A program made the position numbers and the translations under genes. The notes beneath the pieces are model-generated. The model was not told the DNA's origin. It ran no database searches and was given only the letters and a program-made list of their open reading frames with translations. Positions 17,244-26,540 of a stretch of 33,937 nucleotides of DNA are shown in pieces (position 1 is the first letter of the stretch; every line of letters starts with the position of its first letter). Where the stretch lies: assembly GCA_051382335.1 (NCBI GenBank), contig JBBCAX010000159.1:1-33937 (forward strand). Direction: 5' to 3'. Source of the DNA: Deltaproteobacteria bacterium TL4. GTDB taxonomy: Bacteria > SAR324 > NAC60-12.

Positions 17244-20239
17244 GCCTCCTGTGTTTCATTTTTCTGGTGTTTCAGAAAACCATGCGATTCGGTTTCCTCA
17301 TGCTTTGGGGAGGAAGACTCATGAAGATTCACCTTTTTCAGATAAGTAATCGCCGGTTTGTAGTTGATCTCTGCGAGCACTTCATACTGGCGGTCTCTTT
17401 TCGTTTCCAGCTCACCTCGTTTTGCCAACCGGGACACTTCACTTTCAGGGTCCATTAAGTTTCCAAAAGTAATGGCCTTGGTCGGACAGGTTTGCTGACA
17501 TGCGGTAACAATTTCACCATCCCGGACATCGCGTCCCAACTGTCGGGCTTCATTCTGAGCTTCTCGAATTCGCTGTACACAGAAAGTACATTTTTCCATC
17601 ACCCCTTTATCACGAGTGGTGATGGTTGAATTCAACTGCTGATCCAAAGGAGCGGGGAACTCATAGTTGAACCAGTTAAAACGTCTGGCTTTGTAAATAC
17701 AGTTATTGGAGCAGTAACGAGTTCCCACACAACGGTTATAGACTTGGGCATTGAGTCCTTCCGGATTGTGATAAGTGGCATAGACGGGACAAACAGCCTC
17801 ACAGCCTGCGTTTCCACACTGTTGACAGGCCATTGGAGCAAAACGGTATTCAAGATTTTCACTGTCATAACCTTCAATGTATCGTTCTAAACGAATCCAT
17901 GACATTTCACGTCCAACCGCTGCTCTCATTTTCCCGACAACAGGAATATTATTTTCAGCATAACAGGCGACCACACAGGCAGAACAGCCATTACAACGAT
18001 CCAAATCAATCGTCATTCCCCAACGATACGGTTTGTAGTAACCTGCCGTTTCCGAACGCGGAGGGTAGAAATCCGTAGGTCTTTTGTGTTTTTCGTGAGG
18101 GGGTTCACCCTGTTTTAATTCTTTTACGGTAACAGCGCCAGCAATCCCACGCCCTAATTGTCGTGGATTTCCATCCATGTTGGCGGTATAAGACAGCTTC
18201 GCTGTAGGTTTGACCTCCGCATTCACACTAACCCATGCCAATTCCCCTGATTTCGGATCGGTCTTTGCTGGCAAAAGATGGAGCACATTGATCCCAAAAC
18301 CATCGGCGGCTTCACCGGAATGAGTGTGTCCTTGTCCAAAAGGAATGGAAATAGCTTCTTTATGAACACCAAAGCTAAAATAAGCAGTCATATTCAGCTT
18401 GCCGTAAGGCGTGCTGACTTCAATCACATCTCGATCTGTAATCCCTAGTGCCTTGGCGGTATCTGGATGGATTTCTGCCCAAGAATCCCAAATAATCTGA
18501 CTTAAGGGATCAGGAACTTCTTGCAGCCAAGGTTTGTTCGCACCGCGTCCGTCCCCCATAAGGACAGAGTTTGATGGCAGCACCGTTAATCCGACTCCTT
18601 CGAACGCGGGAGCGGTCAACGCCACTGCTGTGACTCTTGGATTTAATTCCACGGGAACCACTTTCGCTTCTTGGAAAACACCTCCCTCCTGAAGCACCTC
18701 CAGCCAGTGTGTTTCAAAGGACTCAACCCTCTCAGGTTCAGAAACGAGCGTTTTCCACTTATTTTTTAGATAAGCCAGGTAAGAGGCAATTCCGTTAAAG
18801 AGGCCAGGTTCAACTTTCCGGCCAACCGCCAAGAGGATCTCTTCCTTGGCTCTAGCATCAAAGGCATTCACGGGTACCATCACCGGCTGAATGATATTTC
18901 GGACGCCAGCGCGTGGGAAAACATCCCCCCAACTTTCGTAGGCGGTTAAGGTCGGAAGCACAAGATTTGCGGCTTGGGTTGTTTCACTCTGAGTCGAGGC
19001 CAGGCTGACCACAAATGTTTTTTCCAAGGCCTTGAGGAACTCTGCTTTTGCCGGCAGCGCGTAGACAGGATTCACCTCATCAATAATCAGTAATTTGATG
19101 TGATCCGCATTCAAATCCGCTATAAGCTGAAGCAGATTCCAATGCGAAGCGTTTTCAGGGAGAGATCGTTCCTGAAAGAAAATCGTTTTCCCCACATTGC
19201 CCGCAACCGCGTTGAGGACATTAATCGCCACGAGGGTATCGGTGTTCTGCTCCGTTGCTATCAGGTTTCCTCCGCCAATCGCCAAACTGGGACCGTTCTG
19301 TACAAAAGAACCTGCTAAAGAACGGATCACGTTGGCAGAGATCCCCACTTTTGACGCTACTTGTTCTGGAGCATAGGGCTTAAGATAAGCTTGTAGAAAA
19401 GTGTGCGTCAAGGTTTGCTGTTGAAGGACCTGAGCCATCGACAAGGCGACCAAGCCTTCAGTTCCTGGTTTGATGGCAATCCATTGATCGGCTTTGGCTC
19501 CTGTGAGAGAAACGTGAGGACCCACATGTACAAATTCCTTTTTTTGCCCATTCTGATAAGCATGCATTTCTGAAAACCGTCTGCTGTTTTCAACAGCATT
19601 TCCCCAGGTTTCCATAAAATCTGTGCTGAAATTCAACAGGAAGTTGGCTTGATCCAAAGCATAAACGGGAATATCTTTCCGATCAAACGCGATTTCATTT
19701 GCTTTTTTGAGGCTGGCTTGATTGAAAACCTCAAAACCAACCCGTTTACCTCCACCCATTGATTCTAACCATTGATCGGTAAAGGAAGCATTACTTCCGG
19801 CGAGGGCTTTGCTCAAGTAAACCACTTGTCCCTTTGCCACTTTAACCTGGTCGGCAAAACGCGTTTCCGCTTCGGCCCAAGTCAATGGACCGCTGCCTTT
19901 ATCCTGAGGGGCTTTGATGCGGCTCGGGTTGTATAAGGCTTGCATCGAAGCTTGCCCCCTGGCACACAACGCCCCCTGATTGATAGGGTGATGGGGATTC
20001 CCTTCTGCTTTTTGAGCACGTCCTTCACGAGTGGTAACCATCATCCCACAACCGGCTTCACATTCTTGACACGTCGTCATGTACTGATAAGCGCTGTGAG
20101 GAACATATTCAAAACCGTCGGGCGGTACAAACAGGGGGATTAATTTTTCCGGTTTTTTCTCACAGCCCGCAACGGTAGCCGCGGTCCCACCGATTGCCAT
20201 ATATTTGAAAAGATTTCTTCTACTGAGACCTTTTTTCAT
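17240..20239 (-). CDS. actB: ACIII subunit ActB (molybdopterin-oxidoreductase fold fused to Fe-S domain), Tat lipoprotein
   Basis: SRRNLFK Tat motif and VAGC lipobox; C-terminal CNGCSACVVAC, CQQC-x4-C-x3-C, CVGTRYCSNNC and CTFC...CQQTC; start set to ATG 20239 behind an AGGAG SD. Confidence 0.93.
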   Translation of the reverse strand: MKKGLSRRNLFKYMAIGGTAATVAGCEKKPEKLIPLFVPPDGFEYVPHSAYQYMTTCQECEAGCGMMVTTREGRAQKAEGNPHHPINQGALCARGQASMQALYNPSRIKAPQDKGSGPLTWAEAETRFADQVKVAKGQVVYLSKALAGSNASFTDQWLESMGGGKRVGFEVFNQASLKKANEIAFDRKDIPVYALDQANFLLNFSTDFMETWGNAVENSRRFSEMHAYQNGQKKEFVHVGPHVSLTGAKADQWIAIKPGTEGLVALSMAQVLQQQTLTHTFLQAYLKPYAPEQVASKVGISANVIRSLAGSFVQNGPSLAIGGGNLIATEQNTDTLVAINVLNAVAGNVGKTIFFQERSLPENASHWNLLQLIADLNADHIKLLIIDEVNPVYALPAKAEFLKALEKTFVVSLASTQSETTQAANLVLPTLTAYESWGDVFPRAGVRNIIQPVMVPVNAFDARAKEEILLAVGRKVEPGLFNGIASYLAYLKNKWKTLVSEPERVESFETHWLEVLQEGGVFQEAKVVPVELNPRVTAVALTAPAFEGVGLTVLPSNSVLMGDGRGANKPWLQEVPDPLSQIIWDSWAEIHPDTAKALGITDRDVIEVSTPYGKLNMTAYFSFGVHKEAISIPFGQGHTHSGEAADGFGINVLHLLPAKTDPKSGELAWVSVNAEVKPTAKLSYTANMDGNPRQLGRGIAGAVTVKELKQGEPPHEKHKRPTDFYPPRSETAGYYKPYRWGMTIDLDRCNGCSACVVACYAENNIPVVGKMRAAVGREMSWIRLERYIEGYDSENLEYRFAPMACQQCGNAGCEAVCPVYATYHNPEGLNAQVYNRCVGTRYCSNNCIYKARRFNWFNYEFPAPLDQQLNSTITTRDKGVMEKCTFCVQRIREAQNEARQLGRDVRDGEIVTACQQTCPTKAITFGNLMDPESEVSRLAKRGELETKRDRQYEVLAEINYKPAITYLKKVNLHESSSPKHEETESHGFLKHQKNETQEA

Positions 20240-20250
20240 CGTAATGTCTC

Positions 20251-21033
20251 CTAATAGTGACAAGTCCAACAATCAGTTAGGTTGGGATTATGATAGCCTT
20301 TGGGATTTTCAAGCTGGATTTTGGATTCACGCAGTTTTTCCTGCTCTTTCGCGTTAAACCAGCCGCCGATCGTACTCAAAGCGGATTTTCGTTCGGCCAC
20401 CCCTTTGACCTCCAAATGGCACGCCAAACACCAACCCATCTTCGCAAAGTCGGCATCAACCACTTTGGTTTCGTCCATGTTCCGAACATCTCCGTGACAA
20501 GCTTCGCAGCGATCAACATCACCCATCTTAAATTTTTTCACTTTACAGTCTAAGGAGCGGGGATCTTTTTGCTCGTCACAATTCATTGCGGCATCCTCAC
20601 GAAAACGAGTAGCATCCGCATTGACGTGGTTTTTATGAGGGAAACGCACGTAGTCAGGCAGATCATGGATTTTCACCCAAGGGATATATTCCTGTCTTGC
20701 CCAAGAATCACGAACCTTATTGCTTTCAGGCTTATCAGGCATCGCCAATTTCATTTCGTTTGGACCATGACATCCCACACAGGATCCCATGGTGGCAACG
20801 CCTGAAGAAAAGGAACGGCGTGCGAAACTGTGACAGTATTGACATGGAATCTGACTCGTGGTCGCATGGAGTTTGTGGCTGAATACAATGGGCTGCGGCT
20901 CATACGCGGTACGCCACCAAGGAAATTGATCCCCTCCAGCAAGTCCTACATTGGGAAGGACAAACAGCATCGCCCCAACCACGCTCCATATCCAATGCGA
21001 GAAAGTTTCCGCGGCAGGAATTTTAAGTTGCAT
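20251..21033 (-). CDS. actA: ACIII pentaheme cytochrome c ActA
   Basis: Five CxxCH motifs (CQYCH, CVGCH, CEACH, CLACH, CWTCH), PQPIVFSHKLH, LPDYVRFPH and MGWC. Confidence 0.92.
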   Translation of the reverse strand: MQLKIPAAETFSHWIWSVVGAMLFVLPNVGLAGGDQFPWWRTAYEPQPIVFSHKLHATTSQIPCQYCHSFARRSFSSGVATMGSCVGCHGPNEMKLAMPDKPESNKVRDSWARQEYIPWVKIHDLPDYVRFPHKNHVNADATRFREDAAMNCDEQKDPRSLDCKVKKFKMGDVDRCEACHGDVRNMDETKVVDADFAKMGWCLACHLEVKGVAERKSALSTIGGWFNAKEQEKLRESKIQLENPKGYHNPNLTDCWTCHY

Positions 21034-21279
21034 AAAAAACCTTCAATCGAGAATTGAAAACTGACAAATAACACCTTAAGAAACAGGAGATTGTATTTAA
21101 AATGCCATTTCTCACGGTAAAGAGCCCCCTTCATACCATTCTGAATAATCATTGCAAGCTTTCATTGACCTTTTTAGCTCTGGAATTGTCCCTTATTCAA
21201 AACCTGCAGAATAGACCTGGATTTTATAAACAACATGCGCTAATGATAAGGCATCTCCCGTTAAACATCAAAAAACTTC

Positions 21280-21308
21280 AGAATACGCATTGCCATTTTC
21301 GCTGTCAA
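21280..21308 (-). promoter_or_regulatory. Putative sigma70 promoter for the act operon
   Basis: Minus strand TTGACA-N17-TATTCT. Confidence 0.5.
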
Positions 21309-21317
21309 TGCTAGGAT
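21290..21317 (+). promoter_or_regulatory. Putative sigma70 promoter for lon
   Basis: TTGCCA-N16-TAGGAT with extended -10 TG, about 60 nt upstream of the lon ATG. Confidence 0.35.
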
Positions 21318-21376
21318 CAAGGGCAATTTTTAATTTAAATTAATGACTTTTTACTGTGTTATTGTAGAGGAATTTT

Positions 21377-23863
21377 ATGTCTGTTGATAATCCCGCTTTG
21401 TACGTAAATGATGCCATAGAACGGTTACCCATGCTGCCCATGCGGGATATTGTGGTGTTTCCTCACATGACCGCTCCTTTCTTCATTGGAAGAACACTTT
21501 CCATCATCGCCTTGGAAGAAGCCCTGTCAACAAACCGTAAAATCTTTGTAGTCGCGCAAAAAGATCCCATGGTTGAAGAACCCGCAGAGGAGGACTTATT
21601 CCGAGTGGGTACGATTGGGCATGTTTTACAGATCATGAGACTCCATAACGGGACTATTAAAGCGCTCTTCGAGGCCGACGCACGTGGATTGTTGATTGAG
21701 GCCCACCTTGATGAACCGTTTTATTCAGCCAAAGTGCAAAAAATTGAAGAAATAATTGTTCGAACCCCTGAAATTATGGCCTTGAGTAAAAATGTACGAG
21801 GAGAACTCAAGCGATACCTTAAAGAGGTGAAACGGCAAACCGATGGAATTGAAAAATTGGCCATTGATTCAGAAGAACCCCATCGCCTGTCGGATCGAAT
21901 TGCGCCTTTACTGAGTATGGATCTGGCAAAAAAACAACAACTCCTGGAAAACGAAGATCCGCAAAAGCGCCTGGAATTGGTTTATGAAAGGATGCTGGAA
22001 GAAAGTGAATTCAAAAAAGTCGAACGCAAACTTAAAGAACGAGTTCAGGGGCAGATCGGAAGAACCCAAAAAGAATATTACATGAACGAGCAGATTAAGG
22101 CCATTCAAAAAGAATTGGGTCAAGGCGAAGATGGAAAAGCCGAAATCGAAGAATATTTGAAAAAAATCAAGGAACTCCCCCTCAGCAAAGAAGCGCGTGA
22201 AACCACTGAAAAAGAAATCAAAAAACTCAAACTCATGCCGCCTATGTCGGCAGAAGCGAATGTCGTCCGTAATTATCTTGACTGGATCATCGCCATGCCT
22301 TGGGGCACAAAAACTGAGGATTGTTTTGATTTAGAGAAAGCGAATGCTATTCTCAACAGTGAACATTATGGCCTGGAAAAAGTCAAAGAACGGATTGTTG
22401 AATTTCTGGCTGTTGCCAAAAAAGTAGGGAAAATGAAAGGCCCGATTATCTGCCTTGTCGGCCCTCCAGGCGTCGGAAAAACCTCCCTGGCACGTTCTGT
22501 GGCAGAATCGTTGGGACGGAATTTTGTCCGGATCAGCCTTGGCGGTGTACGGGATGAAGCCGAAATTCGAGGCCATCGACGGACCTATGTTGGCGCATTG
22601 CCGGGAAAAATCATTCAGTCTTTGAAAAAAGCCAAGAGTCGCAATCCTTTGATGCTGCTTGATGAAGTGGATAAAATGACCCATGGTGTGATGGGAGACC
22701 CTGCCGCGGCATTGCTGGAAGTTTTAGATCCTGAACAGAATAATACCTTCATGGATCATTACCTGGAGATTGAATTTGATCTATCGGATGTTTTGTTTTT
22801 CTGCACCGCAAACGTGGAACAAAAAATTCCGGCGCCTCTTCAAGATCGAATGGAAATTATTACATTAACAGGGTATACCGAGATTGAAAAAGAGCATATT
22901 GCGCTTGAACATCTGGTTCCGAAACAAATTGAAGAAAATGGACTTAAGGACGATCAAATTCAGTTTCGTAATAATTCGATTCAAGAAATCATTCAGCGCT
23001 ATACACGGGAGGCTGGGGTTCGAAGCCTTGAGCGACACGTCGCCAAAGTCTGCCGTAAAGTTGCCACAAGGCTGGTCAAGAAAATTGATTTAAAGAAAAT
23101 TACGGTGACCCCGCCACGTATTCATGAATATCTGGGTGTTCCCCGCTACAAACATGGAAAAGCCGAAACCCATAATGAGGTTGGAGTCACCTCAGGCTTG
23201 GCCTGGACTCAAGCAGGAGGAGAACTCCTCACGACTGAAGTCAGTGTGATGAAAGGCAAAGGGGTCTTACAATTAACAGGTCAGTTGGGTGATGTGATGA
23301 AAGAGTCGGCTCACGCCGCGTTAAGTTATATTCGCTCCAATGCCAACGCCTTAGGCGTTTTATCCTCAGCGTTTAAGGAAAAAGATATCCACATTCACAT
23401 CCCTGAAGGTGCCGTTCCCAAAGATGGCCCTTCAGCCGGAGTGACACTGACCACATCTCTTGTCAGCGCACTCACAGGAATCCCTGTCCGCAATGAAGTT
23501 GCCATGACAGGGGAAATCACCTTAACAGGCAAAGTTTTACCTATTGGCGGCTTAAAAGAAAAACTGCTTGCGGCAAAACGAGGAATGATTAAAATCGTGG
23601 TGATTCCTGAAAAGAACAGAAAGGATTTGACAGAAATCCCCAAGGAAATCACGAGTAAATTAGAAATTATTCCTGTCAAGTATATCCATGAAGTGCTGGC
23701 CATCGCCTTGGAACATCTTCCGGTTCCCGTTGAAGATCCTCCCGAAACTCAAAAAGAAAAAGAGGCCCCCCAGCATGAGATGATGGCGCAAGAAACATTC
23801 TCTAAAACTGAAGTGCCCGTCATCACATCACAGTCGTTCTTAGACGATACCTTAGGATTCTGA
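21377..23863 (+). CDS. lon: ATP-dependent Lon protease (endopeptidase La)
   Basis: LPMRDIVVFP N-domain, Walker A GPPGVGKTS, LLDEVDK, PKDGPSAG catalytic Ser, GGLKEK; GAGG SD. Confidence 0.98.
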   Translation: MSVDNPALYVNDAIERLPMLPMRDIVVFPHMTAPFFIGRTLSIIALEEALSTNRKIFVVAQKDPMVEEPAEEDLFRVGTIGHVLQIMRLHNGTIKALFEADARGLLIEAHLDEPFYSAKVQKIEEIIVRTPEIMALSKNVRGELKRYLKEVKRQTDGIEKLAIDSEEPHRLSDRIAPLLSMDLAKKQQLLENEDPQKRLELVYERMLEESEFKKVERKLKERVQGQIGRTQKEYYMNEQIKAIQKELGQGEDGKAEIEEYLKKIKELPLSKEARETTEKEIKKLKLMPPMSAEANVVRNYLDWIIAMPWGTKTEDCFDLEKANAILNSEHYGLEKVKERIVEFLAVAKKVGKMKGPIICLVGPPGVGKTSLARSVAESLGRNFVRISLGGVRDEAEIRGHRRTYVGALPGKIIQSLKKAKSRNPLMLLDEVDKMTHGVMGDPAAALLEVLDPEQNNTFMDHYLEIEFDLSDVLFFCTANVEQKIPAPLQDRMEIITLTGYTEIEKEHIALEHLVPKQIEENGLKDDQIQFRNNSIQEIIQRYTREAGVRSLERHVAKVCRKVATRLVKKIDLKKITVTPPRIHEYLGVPRYKHGKAETHNEVGVTSGLAWTQAGGELLTTEVSVMKGKGVLQLTGQLGDVMKESAHAALSYIRSNANALGVLSSAFKEKDIHIHIPEGAVPKDGPSAGVTLTTSLVSALTGIPVRNEVAMTGEITLTGKVLPIGGLKEKLLAAKRGMIKIVVIPEKNRKDLTEIPKEITSKLEIIPVKYIHEVLAIALEHLPVPVEDPPETQKEKEAPQHEMMAQETFSKTEVPVITSQSFLDDTLGF

Positions 23864-23968
23864 AGTTGCGCAACCACAACAGTGCAGGGGGGAGCGGTCG
23901 TGGATCTTGGATGTTGGATAGGAGTTCTCTTTCCCTAAATCAAACACATTACTGATGATCAGCGGTTT

Positions 23969-24661
23969 ATGAAACAATATTTCCAAGCGTCCCACACCGC
24001 CTTCTATTCCACCATCATGGCACTGCCTCTGTTAATCGGATACGAAATCCTGTTGGCCTTGACCTACACGCCGTACTGGAAAGTCCGCAACGCGGCAGAT
24101 ATGTGGCTACGTAATCTTTTAATGCTATTTGACATGACCTCCCAACAAGCAACCTTTATCATGATTGGCATCCTGATGGCGGCCATCCCCTTTATCCGAC
24201 CTCCACACGTTTCATTTAATATAAAAGTCATTGGATGGATGCTCATTGAATCCATGATCTATAGCCTCTTTTTGGGCATCGCTATTCAATCGATTATTCA
24301 TCCTCTTTTCTTTTCAAACACGTTGAGCGCTAATAACAATACCTTACAAAAATTGGCGCTCTCTCTGGGAGCAGGACTTTTTGAAGAATTTATTTTTAGA
24401 GTTCTGCTCTTAAATGCTCTTTTTTATGGCTTAAAACCTTTAATTAAAAACAGTACCCTTACCGGAATCGTTGTGGTATTGACGACCTCCTTTCTGTTTT
24501 CCCTCAGCCATTACGTCGGGAGCATGAGTGAAGTTTTTAATGTTTATAGTTTTCTGTTTCGATGGGTTGCAGGGTTACTCTTCACCATCCTTTATTTTCT
24601 CCGAGGATTTGGGATTACCGCATACACTCACGCTTTCTACGATATTCATGTACTTTTGTAA
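23969..24661 (+). CDS. CPBP (Abi/CAAX) family intramembrane glutamic protease
   Basis: FEEFIFR, FSLSH and HAFYD motifs in a polytopic membrane protein. Confidence 0.85.
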   Translation: MKQYFQASHTAFYSTIMALPLLIGYEILLALTYTPYWKVRNAADMWLRNLLMLFDMTSQQATFIMIGILMAAIPFIRPPHVSFNIKVIGWMLIESMIYSLFLGIAIQSIIHPLFFSNTLSANNNTLQKLALSLGAGLFEEFIFRVLLLNALFYGLKPLIKNSTLTGIVVVLTTSFLFSLSHYVGSMSEVFNVYSFLFRWVAGLLFTILYFLRGFGITAYTHAFYDIHVLL

Positions 24662-24883
24662 AAATATAGACTACGAAGGATATAAAATTTTGTTACAACG
24701 TCTTCCAGAGGCATCAAAACACAAAAAATTGCTTTAGTTTGTCACACTTGCAAACTCGCATCCCTCATCTTTTACATTCAATTTAAAGAGGAGTTTTGTG
24801 TTTTTGTATCAATACTCGAAGACTCACGACCACAGCACCGTGAGGGTGCGGGACAATCACTCACATTTCCAAGGCAGGTTCAA

Positions 24884-26056
24884 ATGAAAACACCGATGCA
24901 AGTTCCTTTACTGGATTTAAAACCCCAAATGGCGGAATTGAAAGCTGAAATCATGCGAGAAATAGAAAACATTCTTGATTCAACACAGTTTGTTCTGGGT
25001 CCAAAAGTCGAGGCGCTGGAGAAAGCGATTGCAGAATACACAGGAACCTCGTATGCGATTGGTGTTTCGTCTGGAACCGATGCTTTATTGCTGGCACTCA
25101 TGGCACTTGAAGTGGGCCCGGGAGACATTGTAATCACCACTGATTTTTCATTTTTCGCGACAGCGGGTGTGGTTACCAGGCTTAATGCACAACCCGTTTT
25201 TGTAGACATTGATCCTCTGAGTTATAACCTGGATCCCACACAATTAGACGATGTTTTAAAAAGGATGACCAAGGATGGTCGTAAGAAGGTTAAAGCCATT
25301 ATTCCCGTACATCTTTATGGGCAGTGTGCCGACATGGCCGAAATCCTGGGCATTGCTGAGCGCTATCACATTCCCGTCATTGAGGATGCCGCACAAGCCA
25401 TTGGCGCGGAATATCAGCTCAATGGAGCATGCAAGCGTGCGGGCAACCTGGGAACTATCGGCTGTTTCTCCTTTTTTCCAACCAAGAACCTGGGAGGCAT
25501 AGGCGACGGAGGCATGGTGGTTACCAATGACCCCACCCTTGCGGAACAAATGAAAATCAAACGGGTTCATGGGGCACAACCTAAGTATTACCATCAAACC
25601 ATTGGCGGGAATTTCAGGCTTGACCCGATTCAAGCGGTGGCGCTTTCAATCAAATTGCCACACCTTCAGGACTGGCATCGCGCACGGCAAAAAAACGCAA
25701 ACAACTACAGCAAATATTTTCAAAAAGCCAACCTCCCCCAAGTGGGACTCCCACATGCGCTTTATCAAGAGCAAGGTTTGACCAATTACCACATATATAA
25801 CCAGTTTGTAATCCGGGTTCCCAAACGGGATCAACTCCAAAAATTTTTGGCAGAGCAACACATTGCCACAGAAATTTATTATCCGATTCCCTTTCACCTG
25901 CAAAAATGTTTTGCGTATCTGGGCTATAAAAAAGCAGACTTTCCTCAGTCTAAAATCGCGGCAGAGGAAGTCCTGGCCTTGCCAATCTACCCTGAGTTGA
26001 CAGAAGAGATGCAGACTTATGTGGTTCAGCAGATTAAAGAATTTTTTCGTAATTAA
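24884..26056 (+). CDS. DegT/DnrJ/EryC1/StrS PLP-dependent sugar aminotransferase
   Basis: SSGTDAL, PVHLYGQ, IEDAAQA, SFFPTKNLG (PLP lysine) and LALPIYP. Confidence 0.95.
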   Translation: MKTPMQVPLLDLKPQMAELKAEIMREIENILDSTQFVLGPKVEALEKAIAEYTGTSYAIGVSSGTDALLLALMALEVGPGDIVITTDFSFFATAGVVTRLNAQPVFVDIDPLSYNLDPTQLDDVLKRMTKDGRKKVKAIIPVHLYGQCADMAEILGIAERYHIPVIEDAAQAIGAEYQLNGACKRAGNLGTIGCFSFFPTKNLGGIGDGGMVVTNDPTLAEQMKIKRVHGAQPKYYHQTIGGNFRLDPIQAVALSIKLPHLQDWHRARQKNANNYSKYFQKANLPQVGLPHALYQEQGLTNYHIYNQFVIRVPKRDQLQKFLAEQHIATEIYYPIPFHLQKCFAYLGYKKADFPQSKIAAEEVLALPIYPELTEEMQTYVVQQIKEFFRN

Positions 26057-26096
26057 AACGGTTAGCGCCAATAATTCTTAAGAACGCCTTAGATTA

Positions 26097-26540
26097 ATGA
26101 CACAAAAAGCAGATAAGTACCAACGCACTTGGAAGGAATTAACGGGAAAAGTCAAAGAGGCTTTTGGATGGCGATGCGCCCAATGTCATCGCCTCCATGG
26201 CACTGCCGGAAGACAATCAATGTTAACCGTGCACCATATTGACCAGAATCGTGATAATAATACTAAAGAAAACCTGATTGCACTGTGCAAAAAATGCCAT
26301 AAGCTGATAGATAAAGAAGCCCAATTGTATTACTCCAAGGAAAAGTGGCAACTTGAAATGTTTGTCGATTACACCTACCTCAATATGATGCGTAAATTAT
26401 GGCAGGAACGACTGCAAATGGATTTTTTCCATAACGACTTTGACGATAAAAACCCTCTTTATGCCCCCAGAAAAACTCGGTCAACCTCTCAGGAACTCAT
26501 CTATCAGAAGGCGGTACAACAAAAAGTAAGTTCAAATTGA
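26097..26540 (+). CDS. HNH endonuclease-domain protein
   Basis: CAQC...LTVHHIDQNRDNNTKENLIALCKKCH zinc-bound HNH motif. Confidence 0.85.
   Translation: MTQKADKYQRTWKELTGKVKEAFGWRCAQCHRLHGTAGRQSMLTVHHIDQNRDNNTKENLIALCKKCHKLIDKEAQLYYSKEKWQLEMFVDYTYLNMMRKLWQERLQMDFFHNDFDDKNPLYAPRKTRSTSQELIYQKAVQQKVSSN

Noticed and set aside
17240..20239. Call as a catalytic molybdoenzyme (polysulfide, nitrate or formate reductase type)
   Set aside because: Fusion to the Fe-S domain and the actA/C/D/E/F context identify ACIII; Mo binding cannot be supported by eye
24845..24859. Hairpin GCACC-GTGAG-GGTGC upstream of the DegT gene as a riboswitch
   Set aside because: Single short stem with no recognisable aptamer motifs
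24884..26056. Naming the aminotransferase legC
   Set aside because: It has generic DegT/WbpE-like features and lies more than 11 kb from the neu/leg genes; substrate cannot be assigned
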